From Octopus sinensis (taxonomy: Eukaryota), in contig NC_042999.1 in the NCBI RefSeq assembly GCF_006345805.1, positions 170,128,001 through 170,192,000 on the forward strand: a DNA stretch of 64,000 bases. Reading direction: 5' to 3'. Position numbers and translations under genes: made by a program. The notes beneath the pieces were generated by a model that was not told the DNA's origin, searched no databases, and was given only the letters and a program-made list of their open reading frames with translations. This document shows, in pieces, positions 27,326-40,883 of this stretch; position 1 is the first letter of the stretch, and each line of letters begins with the position of its first letter.

Positions 27326-27551
27326 TTACCCTTTAGCATTTAAACTGGCCATATCTGGCCCAAATATTCTACTTGTTTTACATTCAAACTGACCAAATCT
27401 GGTTTCTCACCCCTACCCTACAATGTCATTCTAAAAATAAACAATCACATCATTGAAATCTTGAAGCTATAAGACAATGATTGTTAATTCAAAACACTGT
27501 GTACAAATAAGTATTATATTTGACAGAATAATCTGAATGCTGAAAGGTTAA
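27326..27551. mobile_element. Copy of the ~210-230 bp MITE family with (ttaa)ccctttagca termini
   Basis: Same family as 12322-12543, 14722-14944, 31387-31615, 51983-52154 and 60020-60232. Confidence 0.7.
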
Positions 27552-28175
27552 GGGAGTCCATTCTGTGGCAAGTATTCAGGCCAGGTCTCTAGTATGGGAC
27601 ATCGTCCTTTCAGGTGAAGGACACTGGAAAGGATCATATGTACTGCCTTACTCCCTGATTATGTGAGGAAAAAAGAAACACAAATAATAATTATAATAAT
27701 TATATCAATTATATATTTAGATATTTTTTTTAGAGATAAGCTATGTAAGCAAAGCACTTTAAAACTCAAGGTTATTAACCTAATTTCTTTTTACGTTTCA
27801 TTTATTCTAGGTTTTGATTGATTCATTCTTCTAACATCTTCAAGAGTCTGAAGATAATGTGCCAGAACATTAAGTGGGTAACCTAAACCATCTTCTTAGG
27901 CATACGACAATACATTCCTTACATCACCTGGCCAAAATCCCTCCAAATTTTAAGTAATGTAGTAGTAGTAGTAGTAGTAGTAGTAGTACAGGTAAAGAAC
28001 ATCGCTGACAACATGTGGAAGGAGTAACTTCACCTCCATGAACTGACAACTGTTTTATCCACTGCTGCAACACCAGCAGGGTGGCCATAAGGAAAACAAA
28101 AACATATCTTCATACACTACAGAACCGTTATGTGTTCTTGCTCTACAAAATGAGGTCTCCATTATTTGCAGAATC

Positions 28176-28211
<36 letters not shown>

Positions 28212-29087
28212 TTCAATGAAGAAGAATAAGACCATTGCTTATAAAATTCACTTTATCTGCTGCCTATTTTACTGCCAACTCAACATTGTGTGCGCATGCA
28301 CACACACACACAATCTCCTCCCAAACTCGCACCATCCCATCTACATCATCACCAAGTGTGAAATCTCAAATCACCTCAGTGTAACAAAATGTTCCCATTC
28401 AGAGTTAGGTCCTGTTCATACCACTCTCTTCAGTCTTTCATAGGCTCTAGTCCTGCTAACTACCACCTTCAGTTACATCGCAAAAGTGATGGAAACAGTC
28501 ATAATCAACCATATGCTTCATCACTAAATTCTTGCTCATCAGTGCTTCATAAGTGACCAACACTATAGATACCTGAGAGTCAGATCAACTAGGACCTTGC
28601 TTTTCCTATGCAACACATCAGTATTCTTTTGACTATGAGGATTCTAGTGAAAGCAGTGTTGTTGTTCTTGACATTATTAAAGCCTTTAACAATATCAGGC
28701 ACAATAACCTCCGAGGCTTTGTCTATTTCTCATCTCTCAGACAGAAAATATCCTGGCAAACCATGCCATCCCCATTGACATTAACAGGCTCTCTTCAACC
28801 TACATTCCCTTAATTTTGGTGTACCCCAAGATGTGATTATCTTCAATATTCTTCCTTCAACACGGTATGGCCTATATGCTGTTACATCTAAACATACAAT
28901 TTAGACAGGACTGCATGGCTTCCATGAGCAAAGTCAGCAACAGAACCCTTCACTAGAGACATTACAACCTAATCTACTTGAACAAAGACACAAAGTCTTG
29001 CAGTACAGCCTTGCTTCAGCACTGTAACATAGAGACACTGAAAAAAAGCCCTCAAAGATGTTATGAAAGCTACACCTCATCATCATC

Positions 29088-29350
29088 ATCGTTTAATGTC
29101 TGCTTTCCACGCTAGCATGGGTTGGAAGATTTGACTGAGGACTGGCGAAGCAGATGGCTGCACCAGGCTCCAATCTCGATCTGGCAGAGTTTCTACAGCT
29201 GGATGTCCTTCCTAACGCCAACCACTCCGAGAGTGTAGTGGGTGCTTTTATGTGCCAGTCAGGTGGTACTGGCAACGGTCACAGAAAATCCTGTTTTTTA
29301 TGTGTCACCTGCACACCGGCACAAGTGCCAGTAAGGCAACATCTCAATCT
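29088..29350 (-). mobile_element. RTE 3'-end-derived repeat copy
   Basis: (cat)n followed by cgtttaatgtc..ctacagctggatg..ccttcctaacgccaaccactccgagagtgtagtggg. Confidence 0.8.
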
Positions 29351-32300
29351 TTGATGATTTTACAGAGAGACTTACATCTGACATTACCCAAAAATGCATC
29401 CTGAAGCCTCAGCCTAAGGTTAGAGAAGACTTCAGTTTGATCAGCTGCATCCAGCCTATGCTGCACAAAGCTAAAGTGAAACTCACATTCGAGTACTGCA
29501 TTCGAGTACACAAGGACATTCTAGACAGCTGATCAGATGATTGTAATAAACAAACAAACAAAAAACTATTCATCAAAATACATCAATCGTAAGTTCTCAT
29601 ATGCATGAATTTCTACTGTTTGCTTCATATATGATTATCTATACAAGTTCTGCTGCATATCCCTTTCATAAAAAATATCTGATCTACCCATCCTTTATCC
29701 TTCTTGTTATCCCAATTACATCTTATTTCATCCCCTGCACTACATCGTTTACCAAGTCATTTCCTCTCAATTTGCAATCCTCTAGTATTTCCTTCCCAGG
29801 CCACATTTTTACAATTAGAAATTCAAACTGAACATCAAAATTAGCACCTCACCATCAGACCTAAAAAGGCCATGTGCACCACAATTCCTTTTCTGACTAA
29901 TCACACAAAGAGAGAAAAAAAGAAAAAACATGTTTTGCTTGATATACTAATTATTCTATTTCACCCACCCACCCCTACAAGGCTTCTGCACAGTTTCTGT
30001 TCACAAAATTCCACTCACAAAGCTTTTGTCAATTCAAGGCTATGTTAGAAAACACTTGCACAAGGAGTTGAACAATTAGTGATTGAATCTGAGAGTGGGA
30101 AACCTTTGTAATATTTGAAGGCACCACTGAATTACAATGTTTAATGGCTTATAGTATCAAAACAAATTTCTCATAAATAAACACCATTATAAGATAAATT
30201 TAAAAAAAAGGAGACCGAGTAAATCCCAGAGAATCAACCTGTGTCTTAGAACTTAATGTCAGAGCTTGGGTTACTGACAAGCGGCAAGCGAATAAACAGT
30301 CTGCCAGAATTGAGATGCCTCTTGTAAGCTTGTGCACCTCATCTGTGAAAATACAGCAACTACAATCTAATAAAGCTACACTGAAAACATTTCTTTCAAT
30401 CAATAATACAAAGAAAGTGGAATTATAAGCAAAGATTGCAAATGAGCATCGTTATGATGTTGTTCATTTCCAATCTTTAATGAGGAAATATTACCTTTGC
30501 TTGAAGGTTGATGACAGAAAGGGCATTTGGCCTTAGACAATTTGCCTCAATATATTCTGTCTAATCCATGCAAGCATAGAAAATTGGACATTAAATGATG
30601 GTGATGACAACAATGATGTAATTATAATCCTAAACTGTCCCTTTATAAATATTGCAATAAGTATATTATGTTATCAACAAAATTATATTCTTTTTCTATG
30701 CAAAACAAAACCTCTTTCAGAATTCTGTAGCACCCTACCACCAGCACTGTTTTAGACGCTAAAAAAATCTCACTAATTGCACCATCTTTGTTAATTGTTA
30801 TCTAGATACTGGAATGTATCTACTGAAGCATCTGGGCCATGCATCTTCATTTAAAGACAGCATTGTGCTTGTAGCAAATCCAGAAGAAATGATGCATGTA
30901 GCACTTATGTTGGCCACCAGTCTAACAGAGATGTCACTATACTTTCTGTGAATACAACATTTATACTGATTGGGCATACCAACTGCATTCCAAACAAGAC
31001 CAGTTGCAAACTGATTTTCTTGGATTTTATTTTTGCCTTTTTTTTTTAAAGACCATTGCTAATAATCAGTACCTTGTTACAAATTAACCTAATATACATA
31101 TTAGTATATATTCAGATCTTTTAAATCAAGAACACAATTATTAGAAATTCTGAATTCCTACAATCTTTCAGACAAAAAAGAAAAAAAAAGTTAAGACATT
31201 TGTTACAAACAGTTTCATTAGAGTTGGGTACATTCAAGATATCTGTGCAAAAGTTTAAGATGTAACACATTGATTGACGCATAAGACACTCTCACATAAA
31301 ACATACCACTTTTTTACAACTATATTTTGTGGAAAAAAACAAAAACAAATTTAGTTGCATCATACACCAACTAAATAAAAGAGGTTTTAACCCTTTAGCA
31401 TTCAAATTACTCAGCCAAATGCAATGCATATTTATTCATGTTGTTTTGAACTAATCATGCATTATCTTGTAGCTTGGAAATTTTGATGATGTAACTGTTT
31501 AGTTTTAAAATGATATTATAGAGTAGGTGCAAGAGGCTGGATCTGCCCAGATTTAATATAAAACAGGCAGAATATTTGAGTTAAATATCACCAATTTAAA
31601 TGTTAAAAAGTTTAAGTGGTTTTGTAAAGGAAAAAAAAATCTGAATTAGTGCATGTAAATACAATGTTGTGGCAGATACTAAAATAAAATATGAACCCAT
31701 AAATTCATCACAAATAAACTCCATTTAATAGGAGTACCTTATTTCAGTTTTATCTTCTGTCAGATCAACTGTAGAGCTGATCAAGTGAATTGCCCAATGC
31801 AAAACATATTTCTAAATATGACATTTTACGTAGTCACAATCAGCCACCAGAGTGGCACATCACTACTATGATTTTGTTGTCATCCACTCGTTACTATCTG
31901 GATTCTTTTCATTATTTTATTGTTAATAATTATTGTAGCTAGTGGACTTATTGCTCATCTGGCTCCCTAGTCTAAGGCATTTGGTCTCTCATCTGCAATA
32001 ATAAAATTAACACTAATTTCTGGATACATTTAAAAATATAAACAGCATGTCTTACATACTAGTAAATATGGTATTTTGTTGTAGTTTTTTTTTCCACTAT
32101 AAAATAGTCTATATTTTTAAAATGTCATGTTTTTGCAAAAGGTCTGACATTATTGATGTCATCCTCCTCCTCTATGTGATATTTGAAACTAATTTCATCT
32201 ATGCTTGAAAACTGAAAAGCATACTCTGACTCTAGTCGGTAGAAATGGGACATCTGTTTGTATCTAAATTTCCATTATATATACAGTTTCCCTTAGTATT

Positions 32301-33754
32301 GTAAGAGGCAAGTAAAAGGGTTGGTGAGAGGAGGGTCATTTGGCCATAGAACACTTCCTCAAAAAGTCCCGTCAAACTCATGAGAGCATGGAGGAGTAGA
32401 TGTAGAACGATGATTATGATGAGGTTGATGATGATTATGATGAGGTTGATGATGATATTTGTGGTTGTTCTGAACTTGTACAAAATTCATAGAATTATTT
32501 GGTCATTGATTCAATGATGAAAACAAAATCTTTCTACAATCTTGTTAATCGAAATCAAATGTCTTAATTTGAACTAACACATTACTGATTTCCCACAGAA
32601 AATACCAGAATACTTCTTAACAATATCAAAACAGAAAAATAAATAAATAAAACACTGTCATAGTTGAAGAATTCCTAGCAGAAAAACACCTACAAAACAA
32701 AACAAGGGAGCCTCTACTTGGTCATTGAACTTGCTAAATCTAGCAGCCAATTCTCTTTCAAAAAAAAATAGTCACACTGAATGATGTATTAATAGAAAAA
32801 CATGAATGGTCGCAGATGAAATGCCTTTGGTCAATAGGTTTACTCAATCAGGGTCGACCTTGGGTTAAACAACAATGACGATGATCACAAAAACAACCAT
32901 TCTTGCAAGAATTCAAGGAATAACTAATCATACACAGACCTGTCAGCTAAAACAAAAATATTTTAAACCAACAAATGGAGACAAGTAGTTCTATCATATT
33001 TAGTCTTTTAAGAGGCTATTTAGCTCTCAATAGCTTCCTTAAGCTAACAAGAAGCAGGCTCTGCTTAGAGCTTGTTATTAAGATAACATTTTTAAAGTTT
33101 CATGTGTTAAATAGATGGAATTTGACCTTAAATTAAATGGTCTTATGGCTGTTAAGTTTGAGCTGTTATTTAAACTGCTATAGGTCACAAATCTTTTAAT
33201 TATCACTGCTGTGGGTATTTTTTTCCTTTTCACAAAGTTAGAACTGAACATAATTAATAAAAATATACAGATATAGTTTAACCCTTCTGTTAACATATTT
33301 TTGTGGAAATACACAATCTTTGTTTAAATTAATTTTGAAAAATAATAACAAATTTAGTAAAATAACTTTGTCCGCATTAAGCTGTTGTTTGGCACATAAA
33401 CTAACATGAGATTTTGATGGTTGGCTTTAGTTTTATTAAACAGGAAAATCATATCATCGAACCAAGGGTAGTTTCAGATGGGTTGGTAACAAAAAGGGCC
33501 AAAGAAATAGCTACCACAAAAACTTTTTTGCATGAAGTCTACACCAAATCATTAATTTTATCAAGAATTCCATTCAATTTCTATAAAATCTAGGGATGGA
33601 GTTTTTTTTAGGAGAGGTAATATTCATCTTCAATTAAACATGGATGTTCTGTTGGAAGAAAATTTACTGCAGTACATACCATGAGAGAAACTGCAGTAAA
33701 GTTTGTTCTAACAGGACATCTACGTTTAAGTGGGAATATATACATATAATATAA

Positions 33755-33955
33755 TATCATCATCATCATTGTTTAATGTCCGTTTTCCATGCTAGCATGG
33801 GTTGGACGATTTTAACTGAGGGTTGGTGAACTAGATGGCTGCACCAGGCTCCAATCTGATCTGGCAGAGCTTCTACAGCAGGATGCCCTTCCTAACGCCA
33901 ACCACTCTGAGAGTGTAGTGGGTGCTTTTACGTGCCACTGGCACAAGGGCCAGTC
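33755..33955 (-). mobile_element. RTE 3'-end-derived repeat copy
   Basis: Same consensus as 13490-13740 and 29088-29350. Confidence 0.8.
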
Positions 33956-33995
33956 GAGCTTCTTTCAGTTTCTGTCTACCAAATCCACTCATAAA

Positions 33996-34084
33996 GGCTT
34001 TCATTGGCCTGGGGCTAGAGTAGAAGGTACTTGCCTCAAGGTGCCACACAATGGGACATTAAGTTTCTGAACTTAATGTTCATA

Positions 34085-34147
<63 letters not shown>

Positions 34148-34350
34148 ATGTATGCATGCATGTATGCATGCATGCATGTATGTATGTATGTATGTATGTA
34201 TGTATGTATGTATGTATGTATGATAACCAAATATAACAATGAAACTTCATATAAACTATGAAAGACCCAAGCTGTTCTCGGTAGATTATCAATATTAAAA
34301 AAGCAAGATATACAAATTTACTGATATCAGAGGAAATGATAGAACATGTA
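33996..34350 (+). repeat. Left arm of an inverted duplication (partner 38856-39106)
   Basis: Reverse complement of 38856-39106 apart from a longer TG/TATG microsatellite and a few substitutions. Confidence 0.92.
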
Positions 34351-35219
34351 ATTGACAGGATTCGAGACAGCTTTATGACGTACAGGTTGTTGGTAAGTAG
34401 CTGCCTGTATGTTTAGTAACTGCTGTTGAACGTGCACCATGGTTTGATGCTGGTGTACTCGTGCCGCATGTATTGCTACCATTTTCAGACACAGAACTGC
34501 CTATTCGTATTAATGCATCACTAAATATTCCAGTATTCATGCCTTTATTGAGGCAGAATCTGCAACTGCATGATGCATTGTACAATAAAGTTGGCCCTTG
34601 GGCATACACACACACACAGATTGCATTTATAATTTTAAGAGCCAACCTTGTCACATGCTGTGTTGATTTGTCCTTAAGGTCTAAATTAAAAGTACAAATT
34701 TAGGAGGAATACTCAGTAGGTTGACATTAGAAGGCAGTTCCACTGATTGAACTAGAATGTTCATGAATGAAACTGATGCAGATCCTTTCTTCAATTGGAT
34801 GGTTTCAAGCTACTACGCACTTATTTTTGAGATTAAACACATCAAAGGATTCAACCACTAAAACAAGTTAAAACTATGAAATAAGTTGAAGGAAATGCTA
34901 GATCCCTTTTTTTCTCTTTTAAATATATATTTAAGCCCTATAGACTTCATACTTTCCAGGAAAGAGTACAGATAGATAGTTGTGAATATTAAGACTTTTA
35001 CCAGAGAAGAATGAACTACTAAACACGGACTAATGATTAGTGGCCTCAGTATAAGAACCAGGTGGATTTAGATAGAAAGTGGTTGGTGTTAGGAAGGGCA
35101 TCCAGCCGTAAAAACCATGCCAAAACAGACACAGAAGCATGGTGCAGGCTCATGCCTGGCCAGCTACTGTCAAACCATCTAACCCATGCAAGCATGGAAG
35201 GAGGACATATGATGATGAA

Positions 35220-36060
35220 GGGAATCTGGAGAAGGACAGAAAACTTGGAGTTTGTACAAGATAACATTCTGCAGGTCTTAGATGAGATTTGTGGCTGGGG
35301 CAAAGAATCAACCAGATGAGAGATGACATTGTAGTAGAAGAGAGCTGCAGATAGAGCCATAAAAGCTAAAAGACAGGGCTGGAAAGACCAGAAGAAAAGG
35401 GGCAGCAAAGAACAATACCAAATAGCTAAAAGGGAAGCTACAGAGATATCATTCGCAAGATTAGGGTTGGAAATGAGTTCAGTGAAGAATTTAGTGCACA
35501 AGTAAATGTCCGCCAGGGGTCAGTATGCAGGATGCTTATGAAAGCTCACCAAGAAATATAAAACGAATTTAAAACTGGCTGTCTTTAAGGACTCCTATAT
35601 ATTAAATGTTCTAATACTTATAGCTGGATTTGTGGAAGAGTTAGCAAAGATATTTCATGTGTGAAAACAAAATCAAGGAAAGAAAGGGCTCAAGAAAGAA
35701 AATAGAACCCTGTTGCCATCAAGTAAATGGTTGTGCTTGACATGCAGAAAAAGGAATAGATAAAAATTCCATACAGTGTACCAAACATAAACCATAGGTA
35801 CACAAGAAGTGCAGTGGAATCACAGTCAAGTTGACTGAGAGAAAAGACTTTGTATGTGACAGACACACAGAAGTAGTTAGCAATAAGAGCATCAGTGAAA
35901 CAAATTCTTTCCAACACTTGGAATGCTTCACAGTAGTTGACTGTTTCTAAGAAGAGGATGGAAAAAATTCAAGGAGATGTTTACATCTGCTTGCAAGAAA
36001 GATTCTCTTTAAGTGAAGAGTAGATTGTATGATGAAGGTGTACAAAGTGTAATGTTGCAA
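35220..36060 (+). mobile_element. Decayed RTE LINE fragment
   Basis: Broken frames resembling the RTE pre-RT linker and C-terminus (ggaaaaaattcaaggag..; gtagattgtatgatg..gtacaaagtgtaatgttgca). Boundaries approximate. Confidence 0.5.
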
Positions 36061-38855
36061 GGTGTGGGTGGGGGACGGGGTTAATGTTGAAAACTTTCAG
36101 TTTTAAAATTTGAGGTAACCTTTTTTACATTGAAGATTCTGAAACTCAACTGATAACCATGTGAATAAAAACCAGATAGAATGAAGATAGTCATGGTCTT
36201 CATTGATAGAATTTATTTAGTAATATTAAATTGAGGTAAGGCAGCAAGCTGGCAGAATTTTGACCGCAACATGCTTAGTGGCATATTTTCTGACTTCAAA
36301 AGCTGCTGGGTTTGAATTTGCCTTTTTGTCCTTTTGGGTTTGATAAAGTAAGTACCAGTTGAATACTGGGGTTCATGTAATTGACTCAACCCTCTCCAAA
36401 GATTGCTGGCCTTGTGCTAACATTTGAAACTAATATCAAATGAATGTTATTTTAAAGCAAGTTGAAGGATAGGAACAAAACAGTTACTGCTGGTGGAACT
36501 CAATACTTAGAACAAGAGTCAAGTTTGTTATGAAATTCACGTTGGTGAGACTTTTTCACTTTCTCTGGTCAACAACAATTTTAGTAAAGTTCATAAATTT
36601 GCATAAGGTCTGTGTATCATGCAGACTGAGAATTTTGATGTTTCAAGCAAAGCTCATCTTCAGAGATATACTCTTTTACTTGTTTCAGTCATCTGACTGT
36701 GGCCATGCTGGAGCACCGCCTTTAGTCGAGCAAATCGACCCCAGGACGTATTTTTTGTAAGCCTAGAACTTATTTTATCATTCTCTCATACCAAGCCGCT
36801 AAGTTATGGGGACACACCAGCATCGGTTGTCAAGCGATGTTGGGAGGACAAACACAGACACACAAACATATACACACACACACACACATATATGTATATA
36901 TACACACAATGTGCTTCTTTCAGTTTCCGTCTAGCAAATCCACTCACAAGGCTTTGGTCAGCCCAAGGCTATAGTAGAAGACACTTGCCCAAGGTGCCAT
37001 GCAGTGGGACTGAACCCAGAACCAAGTGGTTGGTAAGCAAGCTAGTTACCACACAGCCACTCTTGCGCCTAGAAAACTTTTACTTTGTGATAAAGTGCTT
37101 TGCTTCAACTTCCACAATTATCATCCTCCCATAGCACAAATATATCCATATTCATTAATTTTACCAAATGATTGACATATATTTTTGCCTTATCATGGAT
37201 TGGTACAAAAATGAAAGCCAAAAACTTCTATTTCAACCTCACTTGCAATATTTATTTTCTGAACTTAATTCCTTAAATTTAACTTTTATTTCATAAAGCA
37301 ATTTTCTTACTGCATCCGCTTATCACAGTTCTCTTATTTCTAGAACCATTCTTTCAAATTTGTACTAAACTGAATTTTGTATATGCAAGCTCCTACAATA
37401 AAATATGTACAACTAATGCATTTGCTCGTGTATAATGCAAGAAATTGAATACAAAACATCAAGGTCAAGATTAGGAGGTGCCATTATACTAGACAGAAAA
37501 GAGGGGGATGGGGGGAAGGAGAGAGAGGATAGATTACATTACTGAGTTTTTGCTATAAAAAGGTTGGAGCTGCATTATATTCAAGTTCACATTGTACTTG
37601 AGCAAATGAAGTAGGTAGGACTTTTCAAGCTAAAATTTTATCACTTCCTTTATGTGCAAAGGAAAAAAAAAGTTATATGCAGATATGTATAAGAAGAAAG
37701 AGAGAGAGAGAGAGAGAGAGGGAATGGGTGGGAGATAAGATAGCTGAGGTGTTTATGAAGATTGTGATAAGGCTGCATATCTAGTAAAAATCTAACATAT
37801 ACAAACAACCTTGTTAATAAAAAAGAAAATTGTGTTTTAATAAATGGGAATAAAATCCTTCACTATATATAGGATCATAAATAGAATCACAGCTGTGTTT
37901 TAGACAAACTTCTGTTCAGTAATTAATGTTTGTTTAAAGAGATAGATAGTTTCTTTAACTGCATTAAAAAAACAGTAAAAAAACCAAACAAATTTGATAA
38001 TTTTTATAGCAACTTGAGGGCAAGTAGATGGTTAAGCAGAACAATTCCTCATGAAACTGCAAGCACATGAAATATCATCAACATCATTGCTGTAGAGTCA
38101 CTTTTCCATGCCAACATGCACTGGATGGGTTTTCTGCAGGGATGATCTATGACCAGATGGCCTTCCTGCACCCCTTTTTTGAGCTGCTTCTTCTGTCCAG
38201 CACAATACTTATTCTAAAACCACTTTTGCTGTTCGTTTCTTACTTTTTAAAAATCTTTTAGTCAGGACAGAAGGCAGTGTCCATGATACTGACACTTGAC
38301 AGGGCATTCAAGACTGAAGGGAATTAAGGAGAGAGGAAGATAGTCCTGGTAAGAAATGACAACCAAACTTCTTTGATGCCACACTGGATTAGATTATATC
38401 TGACACTACACTGGATAATTTATTTTAAGTACATAATGACTGAAAGATAAAATAAAGATGGTCATGGAAGGGATATTTTTGATCATAGAACAACTCAACT
38501 TGGACAGCCCTGAAACTGAACAATAATTTCTTCTCTATTTGTTGACTCTACAATGTATTAGCCCCCCCCCCATCCTTTCCTTTTCCTCCTCCCAACCAGG
38601 TGGAATTTACTTGGATTTGCACCACCCTGATATTCCACGTCACAAGCCAGTTCTTATCAGGGGCATCCAATGTCATCTGTTAACTTACCAACATGTTTCT
38701 CCAGGGTAACCATGTTGAGGTATCCAGACCAGTACCTCCCTACTTAAGCAATGTCCAATAAAGTCAACTCTTTTTTTTTTTCTCTGTGTCTTTGATTCTT
38801 ACTTTGGTATGGTGTTCTTTCAGGGATATATTCAAAATAGCATGAAGCATGTTCA

Positions 38856-39106
38856 TACATGTTCTATCATTTCCTCTGATATCAGTAAATTTGTATATCT
38901 TGCTTTTTTAATATTGATAATCTACCGAGAACAGTTTGGGTCTTTCATAGTTTATATGAAGTTTCATTGTTGTATTTGGTTATCATACATACATACACAC
39001 ACACATATATATATATATATGAACATTAAGTTAAGAAACTTAATGTTCCATTGTGTGGCACCTTGAGGCAAGTGCCTTCTACTCTAGCCCCAGGCCAATG
39101 AAAGCC
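38856..39106 (-). repeat. Right arm of the inverted duplication (partner 33996-34350)
   Basis: Direct comparison, e.g. tacatgttctatcatttcctctgatatcag versus ctgatatcagaggaaatgatagaacatgta. Confidence 0.92.
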
Positions 39107-40370
39107 AGTTCGTACCTACAGGTACGAACTGGCAAAATTTCAAATCTTTTGATTAGTGCCCAGGTAGAAAAACCATAAAGCAACACAGATTCAGCCACAG
39201 CATGGAAGAAGTTCTTCCTACTCAGCACTGAAAGTCTGCTGGAAACCTCTTCCTGCTCATGTTGTTGTTTAACCCCGAGATCAGCAATGACTGAACGAAT
39301 CTACAATCAAAGACATTCCAGTCATAATCACATGACCAATGTCTAATATTGAAGAGGAGACAGGATGATATTTTAGGTGGTTGGGTTGGTTGATTACACT
39401 GACCCCTAGTGCTCAGTTGGTACTCATTTTATTGACCCTGAAAGGATGAAAGGCAAAGATGATGATCATAGAATTTGAACTCAGGATGTGAAGGGGGATG
39501 AAATGCTTCTCTACATTTTGTTTGATGTGCTAACAATTTTGCCAGTTCACCACATTAATATTATCAATAATAATAATAATAATAATAATAATGTGGGTGG
39601 CAAATCAGCAGAAAATCATGCAGCATTTGATCTGACTCTGTGTACTCAGATTTCACTAAGATCAACTTTTGCAGTTCATTTTTGGAAGGTTTGATAAAAT
39701 AAAGTGGCAATCTAGGGCTGTGGATTGGCAGAGTTGATAGAGCATCGGACAAGATGACTTGCAGCATTAGCACAGCTCTTAATGTTCAGCCTTTAAATTC
39801 CATCCAGGTGCTGATGGCCTGGTCATTCACCTGACCATGGGTGCACTTCAGCCTACATACAGCACAGATAAGTGGACAATAGTATGCCGAAGTTCTTATT
39901 CAGCCATGGTTTGACAGACCCTTTGACTCTTAGCCCTGGTGATCATAAATCTTACCTTCAGTCCCTTCTATTTCCAGCCATATCCATAAATCAATATTTC
40001 TGTAGACAACCTCATAATGCATATATACAGTTAGGGTTTCAAGTACCAAGTGGATAAAATTTTCCATTGCCTTTTTCAATACTCCTGGGAATTGTATTTA
40101 CATTTTTTTAAAATTTAAGCCTTTTAACTGCTTTCTTAACCAGTTGTTTGGCTCAATTGCAAACGACCTAAATATTTGCCTGTGTTTTTAAGCTGTTCAA
40201 GATTTCCTTCAGTAATGCAACAGCATATGTGAAGCTTTATCAAAGTGTTGTGCTTGAAACAAATGTAACCATATTATTTTAGTGTTATTATTTGTAGCTG
40301 AAACTGGTTTTTGGCACATTAAGGCAACCTAATTAAATGAATGAAAGAGAAAACATGAAGAATTACGAAC

Positions 40371-40883
40371 CAATATTCTTTTGGCACTCCCTGGAATTCC
40401 AGCAATGGTCACAAGTATGAGGACATTGGTCAACACATTCTCGTGGGTCCTTATTATCAGCAATGGAATGGGCCTCATTTGAACCTTCAGAAGTGATTTT
40501 ACTCCAGTCTATGGTTTCTAAGTAACAAAGGTTGGGACTTTTATTGAAACGAACAGCTCCTCGTTGAATAACAGTTAAGCTGCTCAAACCAATTTCCTCT
40601 AGATCAGGCATTTCAAATGCAACCAGAGCATAATTGTAGAAAAGCTCCTGACCCCGAATAACACTCAAGTTTGGGAAAAGGTCACGTAGAGTTTTAAGTC
40701 CATAGGCACGATACATTATTAAGTAGTCTGTGATTTCAACTAATTTGGGGAAGCGCATGTTTTGATAATCCTCAGGTTTCATGTAATCCAAAAGAATAAT
40801 GCGCAAATACCCTTCTATCACAGAACAATGCTCCAATTGTTTGAAGTTCTCAATTTTGTTTTTTATCTCGATACTTGAACACA
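40371..40883 (-). CDS. InR: Insulin-receptor-like exon: L1 domain and start of the Cys-rich region
   Basis: 513 nt, cttgcag|TG...G|gttcgt, phase 1 to 1, inside ORF 40363..40893. Encodes CSSIEIKN...CSVIEGYL...FPKLVEITDYL...LFPNLSVIRG...NLCYLETIDWS...CWNSRECQKNI. Confidence 0.97.

Noticed and set aside
34031-34292. ORFs such as MYVCMYVC / HTHTHT
   Set aside because: Microsatellite translation artefacts, like many other short ORFs in the track.
34373-34703. Overlapping ORFs just inside the inverted duplication
   Set aside because: No recognisable motif or splice phases linking them to the receptor.
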